Assembly: GCF_006345805.1 (NCBI RefSeq)
Contig: NC_043008.1
Location: 37,510,001 to 37,574,000, forward strand
Reading direction: 5' to 3'
Length of the DNA: 64,000 nucleotides
Origin: Octopus sinensis
Taxonomy: Eukaryota
Shown: piece after piece, positions 24,962-38,339 of the stretch
How positions within the stretch are numbered: the stretch's first letter is position 1
Layout: every line of letters begins with the position of its first letter
Program-made: the position numbers and the translations under genes
The notes under the pieces: generated by a model
Told to the model about the DNA's origin: nothing
Database searches by the model: none
What the model saw: the letters and a program-made list of their open reading frames with translations, nothing else

Positions 24962-25047
24962 GCAGTCAAGTGGCTGCTGTGCTTCTGACTAAAGGATGGG
25001 CCAACAGGAAACATATTATGGAGTTGTTGTTGTCTATGGCTTGCTAA
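24962..25047 (+). CDS. Candidate terminal exon (SQVAAVLLTKGWANRKHIMELLLSMAC*), unverified
   Basis: TTTACTCCATTTTACTGTCAG acceptor, open phase-1 frame to TAA, AATAAA about 110 nt downstream. Confidence 0.2.
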
Positions 25048-25549
25048 AAATATCATTTAGGATTATAATCTTAACATTTATATTTCCAACTAAGAGTAAA
25101 TATATTTTACAGGTGTAAATATGAGAGGATTTTCAGTTTTCACACACATAACTTTTTAATAAACTTGTTGCTTGGCATTTAGATTTATCGTGTGTTTACT
25201 CCATCATTATTACATCTGTTTTTCTGTACTAGTATGGGTTAGATGAGTGACTTACTGAAGCATCATTTTGCTACTGGATGCCTTTCTTGTCAATAACATT
25301 CAACTGTTTTTTTAAGTAAGGAATCTTTTATCTTACATGTCATCCGAGAGAAGAAGTGAGCAGAGGATTTCTTGACAGGGGACAATGACAAAGCATAAAC
25401 ACTTGCAGCTGGGACATTTTCAGTGATGCACAAATGTAAGCAAACATGCAGACACACTCTCACAATCATGATTTTTCAAATGCATACATATGTAATTGTA
25501 TATGTACATATATATATATGTATATTTGTACATACATACATGTATATAT

Positions 25550-25610
<61 letters not shown>

Positions 25611-26084
25611 CACTATATATATATATATATATATATACATACATTATATATATATAAAACTTATATGCGCGGTATTTGATCATATAATAATATAAATAAT
25701 ATATAGATATATGCATATATACATACACATATGTACATACCTACATATATATGTATATATATATACGCATATATGGGTACAGGACATCAAAAAAACGTTG
25801 AACACAATGAGAAACGAAAACATAAAAACAAAAACATAGAAACAAACTTTTTTTTGAACAACGTAAAACAGAGAAACGAGACATACAACATAAAGAATAT
25901 TCCCTTTCTTCAATTGTCCCTGTTTCAACTACACCATGTTTCGAAGGCAAGACAAGACGTGACTTCATAGAAACAGTCCTTCCCGCAAGGCAAGTTACAT
26001 AAAATTTGGGATTTTTTTGCAGGGGGTGAGAACAAAACAGTAAAAACAATAAAAAAGTAAAAACAGTAAAAAACAACAGTTCCG

Positions 26085-26536
26085 GCTGAAGGTAATGGCA
26101 AACTTCACTTCTGCTGACTCTTTCGCCACAACTTTCTCTCACTGTTTCCTCCTGCACCTTGCAGTTCACCTGCGATGGACCGGCGTCCCATCCAGGTGGG
26201 GAATCCTATATGCCAAGGAAACTGGGAAACCAGCCCTTATGAGCCAGGCCTGGCTTGAGAAGAAACAAACAATGTCTATATATGTTTATATATGTTCTAT
26301 ATTCAATGCTTATATATACACTCTGTGTTTAAATGTATTTTGGCTTTGATGAGGAGTATTATCAACCTTGAAATTTATTTATTTCTAATTAATACTTTAG
26401 TCTAATCACTCAATAAATTGAGCCCTATGATGTTGTTTCTTGAGAAGAGTTCACCTCCTTCATTTTCATTACCTGTATATGTGTATATGTGTGTATGTAT
26501 GTATGCATGTATGCACACTCATATTTATATATATAC

Positions 26537-26615
<79 letters not shown>

Positions 26616-26922
26616 TATATTGTTTGCTCCTTCTCGAGCCCCGCCTGGCTCATTAAGGCCAGTTTCCCAGTTTCCTTGGCATATAGGTTCCCCACCTGGA
26701 TGGGATGCCGGTCCGTTACAGGTGAGATGCAAGATGCAGGAAGAAGGAGTGAGAGAAAGTTGTGGCGAAAGAGTCAGCAGAAGTTCGCCATTACCTTCTG
26801 CCAGAGCCACGTGGAGCTTAGGTGTTTTGCTCATAAACACACACATCACCCAGTCTGAGACTCGAACCTGTGATCCCTCGACCACGAGTCTGTTGCTCTA
26901 ACCACTAGGCCATGTGCCTCTA
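26085..26922. mobile_element. Inverted pair of family C (V-like) SINEs around a (TA)n tract
   Basis: 3' half on + at about 26085-26260; full copy on - at about 26632-26922. Confidence 0.8.
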
Positions 26923-27589
26923 CACACACATCTATATATAGATAGATATATTTAGAGCAGGCTCAAGGCTTTCATTAGCCCAAAGCTTCAGTAAGGAGTT
27001 TTCAACGGTACCACACAGTGGGACTGAGCCTGAAACCACATGACTACAAAGTGAACTTCTAAAGCACACATCCTCGTCTGTTGCACTGATTTGTTCATGC
27101 ATAATTTATATTGATACATTACTACACATCCAATGATAAAGCATATTTGATTTTTCACTGAATCTGATTTTGTGAAAAGTTGAAAGAGTGAGAGTATGAT
27201 TGCCAAATATGTTCTGCTGTTAAACTTATGTGAACCATAACATTTCTATAAAATGTAAATGTTAATGTCTTTTATCTGTGAAGTAAATTTCAGAGCCATA
27301 GCTTAGAATTTTGTTTAATCAGGATAAATGGATGTATGTTTGTTTTTTTATATATTTGTTGTTTTGTTTTTCTGCTAGCATGGGTTAAAGGAATATATAT
27401 TATCGAGGCATTGCTTTTACAGCTTCAGGCCCTTCTTGTCACTAATCCTTATCTCTCTTTTACAAATATGCATTGCTGATAGCTCAGAGCTAACAGAAAA
27501 TTTATTGAAAGGGAAAAATCCAGCATATCAACAACTCAACTATAACTCTGTTAATTTTCAGAGGATTGCAGAATATAAACACACATAGG

Positions 27590-27750
27590 CACAGGAGTGG
27601 CTGTGTGGTAAGTAGCTTCCTTACCAGCCACATGGTTCCAGGTTCATTCCCACTGTAGGGCACCTTGAGCAAGTGTCTTCTGCTATAGCCTCGGACCAAC
27701 CAACGCCTTGTGAGTGGATTTGGTAGATGGAAACTGAAAGAAGCCCGTCG
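27590..27750 (+). mobile_element. SINE family B head
   Basis: GGAGTGGCTGTGTGGTAAGTAGC...GAAAGAAGCCCGTCGTATATATG, fused directly to the RT fragment. Confidence 0.88.
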
Positions 27751-28345
27751 TATATATGCTTTGTTGATTTTGATGCTGCATTCAACTTCGTGGATCATGA
27801 CACCCTCTGGAAGGTCATGCAGGCTGATGGTATCCCACCTAAACTTCTCAATCTTATCAAAGCTTATTACCGCTCAAGAAGATCCCGCATACACGTGTAT
27901 GGTGAAGTGTCGGAACCCTTCGAAATATGGTCCGAACCCTTCGAAATACGGTCTGGCATTCGGCAAGGATGTGTTCTTTTGCCAACTCTTTTCAATTACG
28001 CCATCGACTGGATCACCAAAAATGCATTAAGGGAGTTACCCGGTATCACTGTTGGTCACAACTTTTCCGTCAAGGATCTAGACTACGCAGATGACATTAC
28101 GATACTTGGCGAAACATTTGCTGATGTCCAGTTTCCTATCAATGAGCTGCAGTGTGCTGCATCACAGATTGGTATGAAAGTCAATGCCTCGAAGACCAAA
28201 ATCCTCAGAACCGGCTTTGCCCCACCAGAGAAAACACCCATTGTCCTCAATGGTGATATTCTTGAAGAGGGTTGAAAGTTTCAAATACCTTGGTGCCATC
28301 ATTACAGCTACAGGTCAAGGTGAGGCTGACATTAAAACACGAATC
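27751..28345 (+). mobile_element. RTE-group LINE reverse-transcriptase internal fragment, young
   Basis: FVDFDAAFNFVDH..LW, SGIRQGCVLLPTLFN, LDYADD, VNASKTK, then a +1 frameshift to ESFKYLGAII. Has an in-frame 21-bp duplication (EPFEIWS EPFEIRS). Confidence 0.92.
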
Positions 28346-28384
28346 ACCTCGCTCACCAAGCCTTCAACCGACTCTATATGGCTG

Positions 28385-28530
28385 ACCTCTTTCAGTTCCC
28401 ATATGCCAAATCCATTCACAAGTCTTTGGTTGGCTCAGTCTTATAGTAGAAGACATTCCAAGGTACCACACAATGAACCTACAAACAAATGTTTTGGAAG
28501 CAAGCTTTTTAACCACAATCATACCTGCCT
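28385..28530 (-). mobile_element. SINE family B head, old
   Basis: Reverse complement matches the B head. Confidence 0.7.
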
Positions 28531-29302
28531 TTGATAAAATACCCACCAGTTTTTGGCAACGGTTCCAGATGATTTGATTCCAACACTCAGGTGATTAGTA
28601 AACTTGAGCAATCTAAAATTATATGATATACCTGCAATGTATGGTAGTTTTATACCATTCAGCTGTTTCACACATTGAAGATTTTCCTAGAGTAAGAATA
28701 TATATTTTCCAACATAAAATTAATACGTTTTGGTTTGGTTTGAACTAAAAGCATTTGTTTTTGAAAGTGAATTTTATTAAAATTGTAGTTATTACAACAG
28801 TAAAAAATATTTACATCAAAATCTTCACAGATTTTGATATATATAATTGAAAAATATCAAATCTTGTAACCTGCAAACATGTCATATTTTAGATATATTA
28901 TAGTTTTTTCATTTCTAATCTAAAATTTTAGGAAAAAAATTTCTTTATGTGTTTTTAAAATTTGGTTAGAACATAAAAAGATAAATAAAGAGTTATAAAT
29001 GTAAAATTCAGTTTTTCAGGTAACAATTTAAAATGAATTTTAATGGAAGAAGTAATATATTTATCAGATATAACTATATGACTGATTTATATTGTTTTAT
29101 TTAGTTAAAATTTTGGAAAAAATAAGCAATTGTTATTAGTTGAAAATAACAACATCTCAAATGCTATTAGGATTGGGATGTAAAAGTTATTTAATGCATG
29201 GAGCACTAAAAAGCCAATCAGAAATAATTATACAGTGAAGATAAACAATTATTGTCAATTACTAATGTTGTTTTTATTTTTTTCTGCATGCATAAAGGCA
29301 GT

Positions 29303-29603
29303 GGTGAGGCACGATGGCCCAGTGGTTAGGGCAGCAGACTCATGGTCGGAAGATCACGGTTTCGATTCCCAGACCGGGCATTGTGGGTTTGTTGAGTGAA
29401 AACACCTAAAAGCTCGACGAGGCTCCGGCACCAGTGGTGGTGACCTCTGTTGTACTCTTTCGCCACAACTTTCTCTCACTCTCTCTTCCTGTTTCTTGAG
29501 TAACACTGTGATGGACTGGTGTCCCGTCTAGCTGGGGGGAACACATACGCCACAGAAACCGGGAAACTGGGCCCATGAGCCTGGCTAGGATGGAAAAGGG
29601 CGA
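29303..29603 (+). mobile_element. SINE family C (tRNA-Arg-like head, V-like domain)
   Basis: TGGCCCAGTGGTTAGG A box, GTTTCGATTCC B box, GATGGACTGGTGTCCCGTCTAGCTGGGGG block. Confidence 0.88.
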
Positions 29604-29614
29604 CAAAAAAATAA

Positions 29615-30510
29615 ATAAATAAAGGCAGTTAGCTGGTAAAATCATGAGCACACCAGGCAAAATGCTGTGTGGAATTTTGTCCATCTTTACATTCTGAGTT
29701 CAAATTCTGCTGAAGTTAATTTTAACTTTCATCCGTTCGGGGTTCATGAAATAAATACCAGTCAAATACGGGGGTAGATGTAATCGATTTACTTCCTCTC
29801 TTGAACTTGCTGGCCTTGTGCCAAAATTTGATGCCATTATTTCTGGACACATAAAGCTGGCAGAATTATAACCACATCTGATAAAATGCTTAACAGTATT
29901 TCTTTCAGCTTTTCACATTCTGAGTTCAAATCCTCCTGCATTTGGCTTTGCCTTTCACCCCTTCAGAAGTTGATGAAATAAAGTACCAGTCAATTACTGG
30001 AGTCAATGCAATAAACTTTCTCCCACCCCTCAAAATTGCTGGCCTCATACCAAATTTAGAAAGAATTATTTCTCAACACATAAATGTTGTGGAGTGACAG
30101 AATTGGTAGATCAATGAAAAAATTCTTTACAGAAGTGGCTGTGTGGTAAGTATCTTGCTCACCAACCACATGGTTCTGGGTTCAGTCCTTGGGCAAGTGT
30201 CTTCTACTATAGCCTCAGGCCGACCAAAGCCTTGTGAGTGGATTTGGTAGACAGAAATTGAAAAAAGCCCGTTGCATACATGTATGTGTGTGTATATTTT
30301 TGTGTGTCTGTGTTTGTCCCCCCAACATCACTTGACAACCGATGCTGGTGTGTTTACGTCCCTGTAACTTAGCGGTTTGGCAAAAGAGACTGATAGAATA
30401 TGTATTAGGTTTACAAAGAATAAGTCCTAGGGTCGTTTGCTCAACTAAAGGTGGTGCTCCAGCATGGCCACAGTCAAATGACTGAAAAAAGTAAAAGAGT
30501 AAAAGAGTAT
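29615..30510 (+). mobile_element. Two SINE D copies followed by a SINE B copy (about 30133-30510)
   Basis: Head-to-tail array of recognisable SINE blocks. Confidence 0.8.
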
Positions 30511-30667
30511 TCTGAGTTGAAATCCAACTGATGTAGCTTTGCCTTTGCCTTCCATCCTTCAGGAATTGATAAAATAAAGTAATAATATTGTGGTTTATGG
30601 TATCTACGAAGCCCTGCCCACTGAATTTTAAGTCTTGTGCCTATGTTAGTGATTATTATAATAGCAG

Positions 30668-30985
30668 TGGGTTGGCAACATGGTTAGAGCATCGGACAAA
30701 ATACCTTATGATATTTGTTCTAGCTTGTTACATTCTGAGTTCAAATCCCTTATTTCTTTATTGCCCACAAGGGGCTAAATGTAGAGGGGACAAACAAGGA
30801 CAGACAAAGGGATTAAGTCCATTACATCGACCCCAGAACATAACTGGTACTTAATTTATCGACCCCAAAAGGATGAAAATCAAAGTCTATCTTGGTGGAA
30901 TTTGAACTCAGAACGTAACAGCAGGCGAAATACTCCTAAGCATTTTGCCTGGCGTGCTAATGTTTCTGCCAGCTTGCTGCCTTTA
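30668..30985. mobile_element. Young SINE D (minus, about 30752-30985) adjoining or inserted into an older plus-strand D head
   Basis: The plus head stops at TTCTGAGTTCAAATCCC, where the minus copy's tail begins. Confidence 0.8.
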
Positions 30986-32259
30986 TAATAAAATAATAGA
31001 TTCTGTTTAAATCCCACTAAGATCAACCTTGTTTTTCTTTCCTCTTGACCAAAATAAATGAAGTACCAGCCAAATATTGAGGTTAAGGAAGTTGACAAGG
31101 CTTCTTCCCTCAGAATTGCTGGCCTTGTATTTAAATTAGAAATCATAGAGTAGTGGATTGGCAGAATCTATGTCTTAGATTAAAACATAGGTCTGTCTGG
31201 AGCCCCAGGACTCACAAGGCCTGGTTTCCATGGCTTATAAATGACTGAGACTGCAATGCTTCAACACCTCCTGGATGGTATGCTAGTCCATTGCAGGGTT
31301 AACTTCCTAGCTATTGCAGAAACTCGTTTGAAGTTGAGTCAAATGGAGAAAGGTGGAATGAAATGTTTTGCTCAAGAACACAATGCACCACCCAGGTCAG
31401 GAATTGAAATCATGGTCTTGCAATTGGAAGTGCAAACACCCGACCGCCAGGCGATACACCCTCACAAGAGTTGGGGAAAATACTATGCTGTATTTTCTCC
31501 AGCTCTTAATATTCTGTTCGAATCATGTTGAGATCAACTTTGCTTTTATCTTCCCAGGATTAATAAATATATACCAGTGCTATAACTGGTTGTCCTTCTA
31601 CCCTCAATTTCTGACCTTGTGTCTAAATTGGTAATTATCATTTCCAGGTGTAGGCATGACTGTGTTGTTGAAAAGTTCACTTCACAAGTACAAGGATTGG
31701 TTTCAATCTCCCCTCATGACACTTTTGGCAAATATTTTCTGTCATAGATTCAATTTAATCAAACCCTTGTGAATGAAATTTGAAACACAAAAGCAGCTCG
31801 TCAGAGGAACCTTTACTTGCATTTAGGATGTAGACTTCATCTGGTGCTTGTTTAAACTCTACCATATCATCTGGCCTTTGGGTCCCTTTATCAGAGCTTA
31901 CTTTGACTCTTTTTTAAACTTCCAGAGCAGTACTTCAGATTCATAAAGATTTCCTTTCTCTGAACCACTAATCCCAATTTCAAAATTCCTAAAAAAATGC
32001 CATGGGACTGTCTGTCTTCATCAGACTATGAAGCCACCAAAAACAAAACAATAAAAAAAAATAGGGCAATTGAAAATGAATAGTACCAAAAAAACAATGT
32101 GTGTTTACCCTCGAAGTTTTGTTTGACAACACTGATAAATCTATCCTTTTCCAAATTGCTCACTAGCATGATTTGAGATTTTGGGGCATAAAAAATTCGT
32201 GGGCCATACTGGAATATGAACATGATTCTCCAAATGTAATCGGTTTCTGCTCCATAACA

Positions 32260-32800
32260 AACTGAAAAATTTTGGGCCTTGCCTTTTCACAAAGTCCACC
32301 TACCTTAACATGCTGTCCATTTGGCTGTTGTTTCACTTGGAAGAAGAAGTACCTGACTTCATTATGCATCGTGACTGGGCCCCACCACATTGGTATAGAC
32401 ATGTACATGATTACTTCAAACAGCATTTTCCAGAATGCTGGATTGGCAATGCTGGGTGAATGATTTGTCATTGATGGTTTGCCCCCACTTCATCCCCAGG
32501 TCCTGTGACCTAACACCTTGTGACTTATTCCTTTGGGGACATCTGAAAGACAAGGTAATCATACCCCCATTTCCATACGCAGGAGTTAAAGCAACCTACT
32601 TGATCATGCTATGCTGGCACGGGTGTGGCAAGTAATAGATTATTGTATGGACATCTGCTATGTGGTAAAGGGTGCCTACACTGCACATCTGTAACTACCA
32701 GTAAAAACTTGAAGAACTAATCTTTCATGTTACATCCGTATCTTTGCAATACTCTCATGTATGTTTTCTTTTTGTCCCACTAATTTTGAATTACCCTGTG
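32260..32800 (+). mobile_element. Tc1/mariner (rosa/DD41D-like) transposase 3' remnant
   Basis: DFIMHRDWAPPHWYRHVHDYFKQHFPECWIGNAG...PRSCDLTPCDLFLWGHLKDKV...HL*; ends with TTACCCTG. Confidence 0.75.
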
Positions 32801-32854
32801 TAAAAGTGCAGGAGAAAACACTGGACCAGCTTAATTGACTGATTATGGCCTTGT

Positions 32855-33190
32855 GTGAAGGCGCATGGCTCAGAAGTTAGAGCGTCGAGTTTATGATCGT
32901 GAGGTTGTGAGTTCGATTCCTGGACCGGACTGCATGTTGTGTTCTTGAGCAAGACACTTTATTTTACATTGCACCAGTTCACTCAGCTGTAGAAATGAGT
33001 TGCGACGTCACAGGTGCCAAGCTGTATCAGCCTTTGCCTTTCCCTTGGATAACATCAGTGGCGTGGAGAGCGGAGGCCGGTATGCATGGGCGACTGCTGG
33101 TCTTCTATAAACAATCTTGCCCGGACTTGTACCTCGGAGGGTAACTTTCTAGGTGCAATCCCATGGTCATTCATGATCGAAGGGGGGTCC
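32855..33190 (+). mobile_element. SINE family E (tRNA-Arg-like head), full length
   Basis: Colinear with 55614-55952 over about 335 bp. Confidence 0.9.
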
Positions 33191-33469
33191 CCCTATGGCC
33201 TTGTGGTTAGGAGGTTGGGCTCATAATCCTATGATTGTATGTTCAATTCCTAGAGCAGGCAGTGCTTTGTGTCCTTCAGTAAAACACTTCATGTTGTACC
33301 AGTCCACTTTGTGTAAATATATACAAGCTGACTACTGGTACAATGCTTCTTTTCTCCAGCTGTCACATCATCAGTGTTCCAGTAGGTCAAGGATGGGAGG
33401 AGCCAAAGAGTCTCTATATCTGCTTGTGATTATATAAGCACCTAGAAAATTCATGAATGCATGATTGTT

Positions 33470-33765
33470 CCTTCTTGAGCCATGCCTGGCTCATAAGGGC
33501 CGGTTTCCTGGTTTCCTCAGTGTATAGGTTCCCCACCTGGACAGGACACCAGTCCGCTGCAGGTGAGCTGCATGATGCAGAAGGAAAGAATGAGAGAAAG
33601 TTGTGGCGAAAGAGTCAGCAGAGGTTCGCCATTACCTTCTGCCGGAGCCGCGTGGAGCTTAGGTGTTTCGCTCATAAACACACACATCACCCTGTCTGAG
33701 ATTTGAACCTGTGATCCCTCGACCATGAGTCCACTGCTCTAACCACTAGGCCATGTACCTCCACA
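33470..33765 (-). mobile_element. SINE family C variant
   Basis: Closely matches 26632-26922. Confidence 0.88.
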
Positions 33766-33906
33766 CGAATGCATGATACATGCCACCAAGTCATAGATGC
33801 TTGTGAATGACAGCTATTGAATATTATTTTCATCACTTCATAAACACCATGCTGACTAAAGACTTTTGCATAAATATGGCAGATGAAAACTGAAAGAAGT
33901 CTATGG

Positions 33907-33947
<41 letters not shown>

Positions 33948-34655
33948 GTACATATAAAAAATAATGTCGTCTATTTTGAGATGTCTATACATATGTGTGT
34001 GTATGTATGTATATACACACTCATACATACAGTTTTATATATTTGACTATATTATCCAACAAGCTGCTACATTTTCCAAGATGGAATGATGGAATGGTGT
34101 GATTTGAATGGAAGTTAGTTACTACTTATAGCATATCAAGCAACCACATTATTTCTCCTTCATCTGTAACAATGGTATATGTGTGAAACATTTGCAAATG
34201 ATAAGTATAAAGTGCCAAATATTATTTATAATAAATTTTATTTATTTAATATAAATCATGTTTTATATGAACATTATTTTTATAGCTTTCCAATAATTTT
34301 ACACTGAATTATGTATGAAATAAATATATTGAATAAAGACAACTAAAAACAAAACCAACCTTCTTTAGTTGCAGAGGACATTATAAAAATATGTGACCTG
34401 TTTTTCATTCTTGACTATTCAAAGTCATAGCGGTTATTGTATGTGATAATTGTGTGAGTGAGTGTGTGTGTGTGTGAGGGAGAGAGAGTATGTGTATTTA
34501 TTTTCAAATTAGAACTTAAAAGCATTTATTAAGCAAAATAGCAATATAGGAATATACTGCTACTACCGCTGCTGATACTACTACTACTACTACTACTACT
34601 ACTGCTGCTACTACTACTACTACTACTACTACTACTATACTACTACTACTACTAC

Positions 34656-34689
<34 letters not shown>

Positions 34690-35050
34690 CAGCAAAATGT
34701 TGAACCTTAAGATTAAACAATACCTGTTTTCATAGGCGCCCTGGGAATGATAGCAAAAGGGGCTGATTGCTACCTAACTCAGATACCAGGAAACCCCAAA
34801 ATGGCAGAAATTCAAAAGATAGTGCTCATGGGAACTGTTCATATCCTCCACAAAATACTTTCTCAAGTTTTAAAGCAAACATAATTTTCGTATGGTTTTT
34901 TTTTTTTAGACATTCACTAGTACAACACTAAATACAAAACCAAATATATGACACACTAGGCATAACAACAACACAGACTTCCAGCCTGTTGTCTCTTGAG
35001 GTCTCTGGGTGAGACTTGGAGCTGACTTGTACAAATATAAAGTCAAACAT
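34690..35050 (+). mobile_element. R4/Dong-clade LINE 3' end inserted in (TAA)n
   Basis: IGALGMIAKGADCYLTQIPGNPKMAEIQKIVLMGT.HIL.KILS C-terminus; 3' UTR ends GTCAAACATAGA; (TAA)n on both sides. Confidence 0.85.
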
Positions 35051-35129
35051 AGAATGATAATAATAATAATAATTAATTGGCCACAAGGGCTAACATAAAT
35101 CAAAACCATGTGAGGACAAACATGGGACA

Positions 35130-35600
35130 AAATGTACAAAGGGTTTTGCAAAAAAGAAAGGTCTGTGTAAACATTAAAATAACAGCAAAAAATATAACAA
35201 ATAAAACTCCCAATAGGGGGAAGCGCTTTGAAAGGTTACTCATGGAAAAACCCATAAAAGCCATGGGAGCCTGGTCAAAAAGGGGTAGAGAGCCCCTTCT
35301 CCTTTTATATTACCTTTTTGTTTTTATGCGTGTAACCTCAGAATTGGTCCGTTCATACTGGCGATTTTACCGACATTCACCCACCTTTCAATAAATTTGC
35401 TACGAGACAGCACTTCCCTCTCTACTCTCATCTTTTTCAAGTGGATCTTGAAAAAGTTGATGATGCCTTGGCTAAAGAGGAAAGTGTCTGACTTTAGCCT
35501 TTTCGAACAGGTCCACCATACCACCTCTTTCGCTACAGCCACTAGACAAAGATTATTTCTTTATTGGCCACCAGGGTTGAACACAAAACATAGAGGATGA
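35130..35600 (-). mobile_element. Tx1/L1-like LINE 3' fragment
   Basis: AVAKEVVWWTCSKRLK...FFKIHLKKMRVEREVLSRSKFIERWVNV resembles ORF2 C-termini of Tx1-type elements. Confidence 0.55.
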
Positions 35601-35699
35601 TACACAAAAGAGGGACAGTGAAGTTAAACGTGTAAACAGCCAACAAACACAATGATTAACAAAGAGATTAAATCAACAATTTGCTTCCCCAATAAATGA

Positions 35700-35706
35700 T
35701 AGTAGT

Positions 35707-35803
<97 letters not shown>

Positions 35804-36003
35804 ATCCTCTCTACTATAGGCACAAGGCCTGGAACTTTTGGGGAGGGGACTAGTTGATTACACTGACCCCAGTACTTAATTTATTGACCCCCAAAAGGAT
35901 GAAAGGCAAAGTTGACCTTGGCAGAATTAGAACTCATAACATAAAGGCAGACAAAATGCCACTAAGCATTTTACCTGGCGTGCTAATAATAATGATAATA
36001 ATA

Positions 36004-36069
<66 letters not shown>

Positions 36070-36070
36070 C
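35700..36070. repeat. (AGC)n/(AGT)n tract, SINE D (minus, about 35805-35985) and (TAA)n tract
   Basis: Directly visible. Confidence 0.85.
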
Positions 36071-36071
36071 C

Positions 36072-37220
36072 AAGGGAACAAAAAGGATGTTGGAAGAATA
36101 CCAAGGATCACCTGGTCATTGATAAAACAGTTTTGAGGCATTGTAAAAAACATCATACAAACATGTCTATGGTTTGGATTGACTTTAAGAAGGCATATGA
36201 TATGATGCCTCATTCTTGTATCGTTGAATGCCTGCAGATGTTTAGTGTTGCTGGCAACATCACAAATTTTCTGAAGTATAGCATGAAAGAGTGGAAAACC
36301 AAATTGTATCTCAAGTAATGTATTCCTTGGAGAAGTTAATATTAAGAGGCGTCAGAAACTGAAAGAGAAGATACACAAATCTGAGCATGGCATGGGTTAA
36401 CTATCGAAAAGCATACAATATGATACCACACTCCTGGAAAATAAGAACAATGGAAATGTATGGAGTAGCAGAAAACATGAGAAGCCTTATATGGAACAGT
36501 ATGAAATGGTGGAGAATGGAATTGTTGGTAGGGGATCAAGTATTAGGACAGGTGAAAATCAGGAGAGGAAACATCCAGGAGGCCAGTGTGTCCCCACTGA
36601 TCTTTGTGCTGGGAATGATCCCCTTGAGTGAAATACTACAGAAAAAAATAGTTGGAATATGACCTGGGAAGAAGTGAAGGAAAACTGAACCACTTGCTAT
36701 TCATGGACGACTTGAAGTTATTTGCAAAAACTGAGGCTGCATGTAGCAAGCTCACTATGCATGCAAATCTCCAGGAGTTTCAACAAAACCTGTGATGAAA
36801 AGAAATAATAATAATAATACTAATAATAATGACAATGATTTCATTTATTTGCCACCAGGGCGAAGAATGAGGGGGATAATACAAAGATAGCATTAAGTGT
36901 GGAGGTTTACATATAATGAAATGATAATAAAAAAATGAAAGAAAGTAAATATACACTGTATACACTGAGAAAGTAGGGACATATGCATAGCATACAAAGG
37001 TTTAAGACAGAAAAAAGTGGCAAGGAGGGGAGAAACTGAAAACTCATGGAACTTGTATAAAGTTAGTGTAACTCCAATCATAGTTGATGTTTTTGGAATG
37101 GTAACCAAACATCTCCAATGCTGGTTAGATGAATTCCAACTCAAAAGAAGAAATGGAAGTGCTGCAAAAAGTTACATTGCTTGGAAAAGTATAAAGCATA
37201 AGCAGAGTCTTTGAGATGTG
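36072..37220 (+). mobile_element. R4/Dong-clade LINE mosaic: two RT fragments plus C-terminal remnant
   Basis: EQKGCWKNTKDHLVIDK..VWIDFKKAYDMMPHS (36072-36350); MAWVNYRKAYNMIPHSW..SPLIFVLGMIPLS..NHLLFMDDLKLFAK (36355-36740); WNLYKVSVTPIIVDVFGMV..LQKVTLLG (37010-37220). Starts right after (TAA)n. Confidence 0.88.
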
Positions 37221-37267
37221 AAGTTCTTTGAGGAAAAATTATTTTGGTTCCACATTGCCACACTATG

Positions 37268-37660
37268 CAGGAGTGGCTATGTGGTAAGTAGCTTGCTTGC
37301 CAACCACATGGTTCCAGGTTCAGTCCCACTGAGTGGCACCTTAGGCAAGTGTCTTCTACTATAGCCTCAGGCCAACCAAAGCCATGTGAGTGGATTTGGT
37401 TGATGGAAACTGAAAGAAGCCCATCGTATATATGTATATGTATATATATGCATGTGTTTGTGTGTGTCTGTATTTGTCCCCTCAAAATCGCTTGACAACT
37501 GATGCTGGTGTGTTTAAGTTCCCGTAACTTAGCGGTTCGGCAAAAGAGACCGATAGGATAAGTCCTAGGCTTACAAAGAATAATTCCTGGGGTTGATTTG
37601 CTCGACTAAAGGCGGTGCTCCAGCATGGCCACAGTCAAATGACCGAAACAAGTAAAAAAC
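37268..37660 (+). mobile_element. SINE family B, full length
   Basis: Colinear with other B copies. Confidence 0.9.
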
Positions 37661-37874
37661 GGTAAACAGCAAACAGTAATAAAAATAATAATGATGGACT
37701 CTCCCATCACAGATGAGGTATGAGTCTTCAGCTTTAGCCAAATGATTTGTTTGTAGTCATCAAATGTATGCGCTGTGACTATGCTCATTCCCTCCATTAA
37801 ATTGACATTGTCTCAACAGGTGCAAGAAAAGGAAACATAACTGAAAGATGATAATGACAGTGATAATAATAATG

Positions 37875-37918
<44 letters not shown>

Positions 37919-37919
37919 T

Positions 37920-38308
37920 ATGTCCCTTAGTGGCTGACGATATGTGCATCTCTGATCACGAGCAGAAGTAGTGGGGGAGCATCATAGCCATGTGTTGAGA
38001 GGGATTCTTTGGGGTTTGAATAGTTCACCTCTGGAAACATGGGTGGTTCTTTCAACATCCTTAAACAACCCTTATTCAGGGACCGTTTGAGCAGGATGGG
38101 CTACTCAAAATGAAGAAAATTCTAACTGGGCCCCACCTGCAAGGTCATGTGCTGTTTATCTTGATATGAGATCACCATGTCGCGCACATATGGTTGTGAT
38201 GCATGTGCCTGGTGTACCTTTATCAGACGGGTAGTCATGATGGGTATATTGGGCTTCGTATATTTTACCCCAGTGTCACTTTGATGGCATGAACTGCTCT
38301 CTCACTCA
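37920..38308 (+). mobile_element. Family F retroposon, 5'-truncated, in (TAA)n
   Basis: Matches 38545-38921; (TAA)n on both sides. Confidence 0.88.
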
Positions 38309-38339
38309 ATGATAATAATAATAATAATAATAATAATAA

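Noticed and set aside
29303-29380. tRNA genes at SINE heads (also 32855, 52649, 55614, 58150, 62720)
   Set aside because: A/B boxes are present but acceptor stems are incomplete, and each continues into a SINE body.
32004-32030. Minus-strand CTGATGA-A-GAC-AGACA-GTC motif
   Set aside because: No GAAA or helix III follows.
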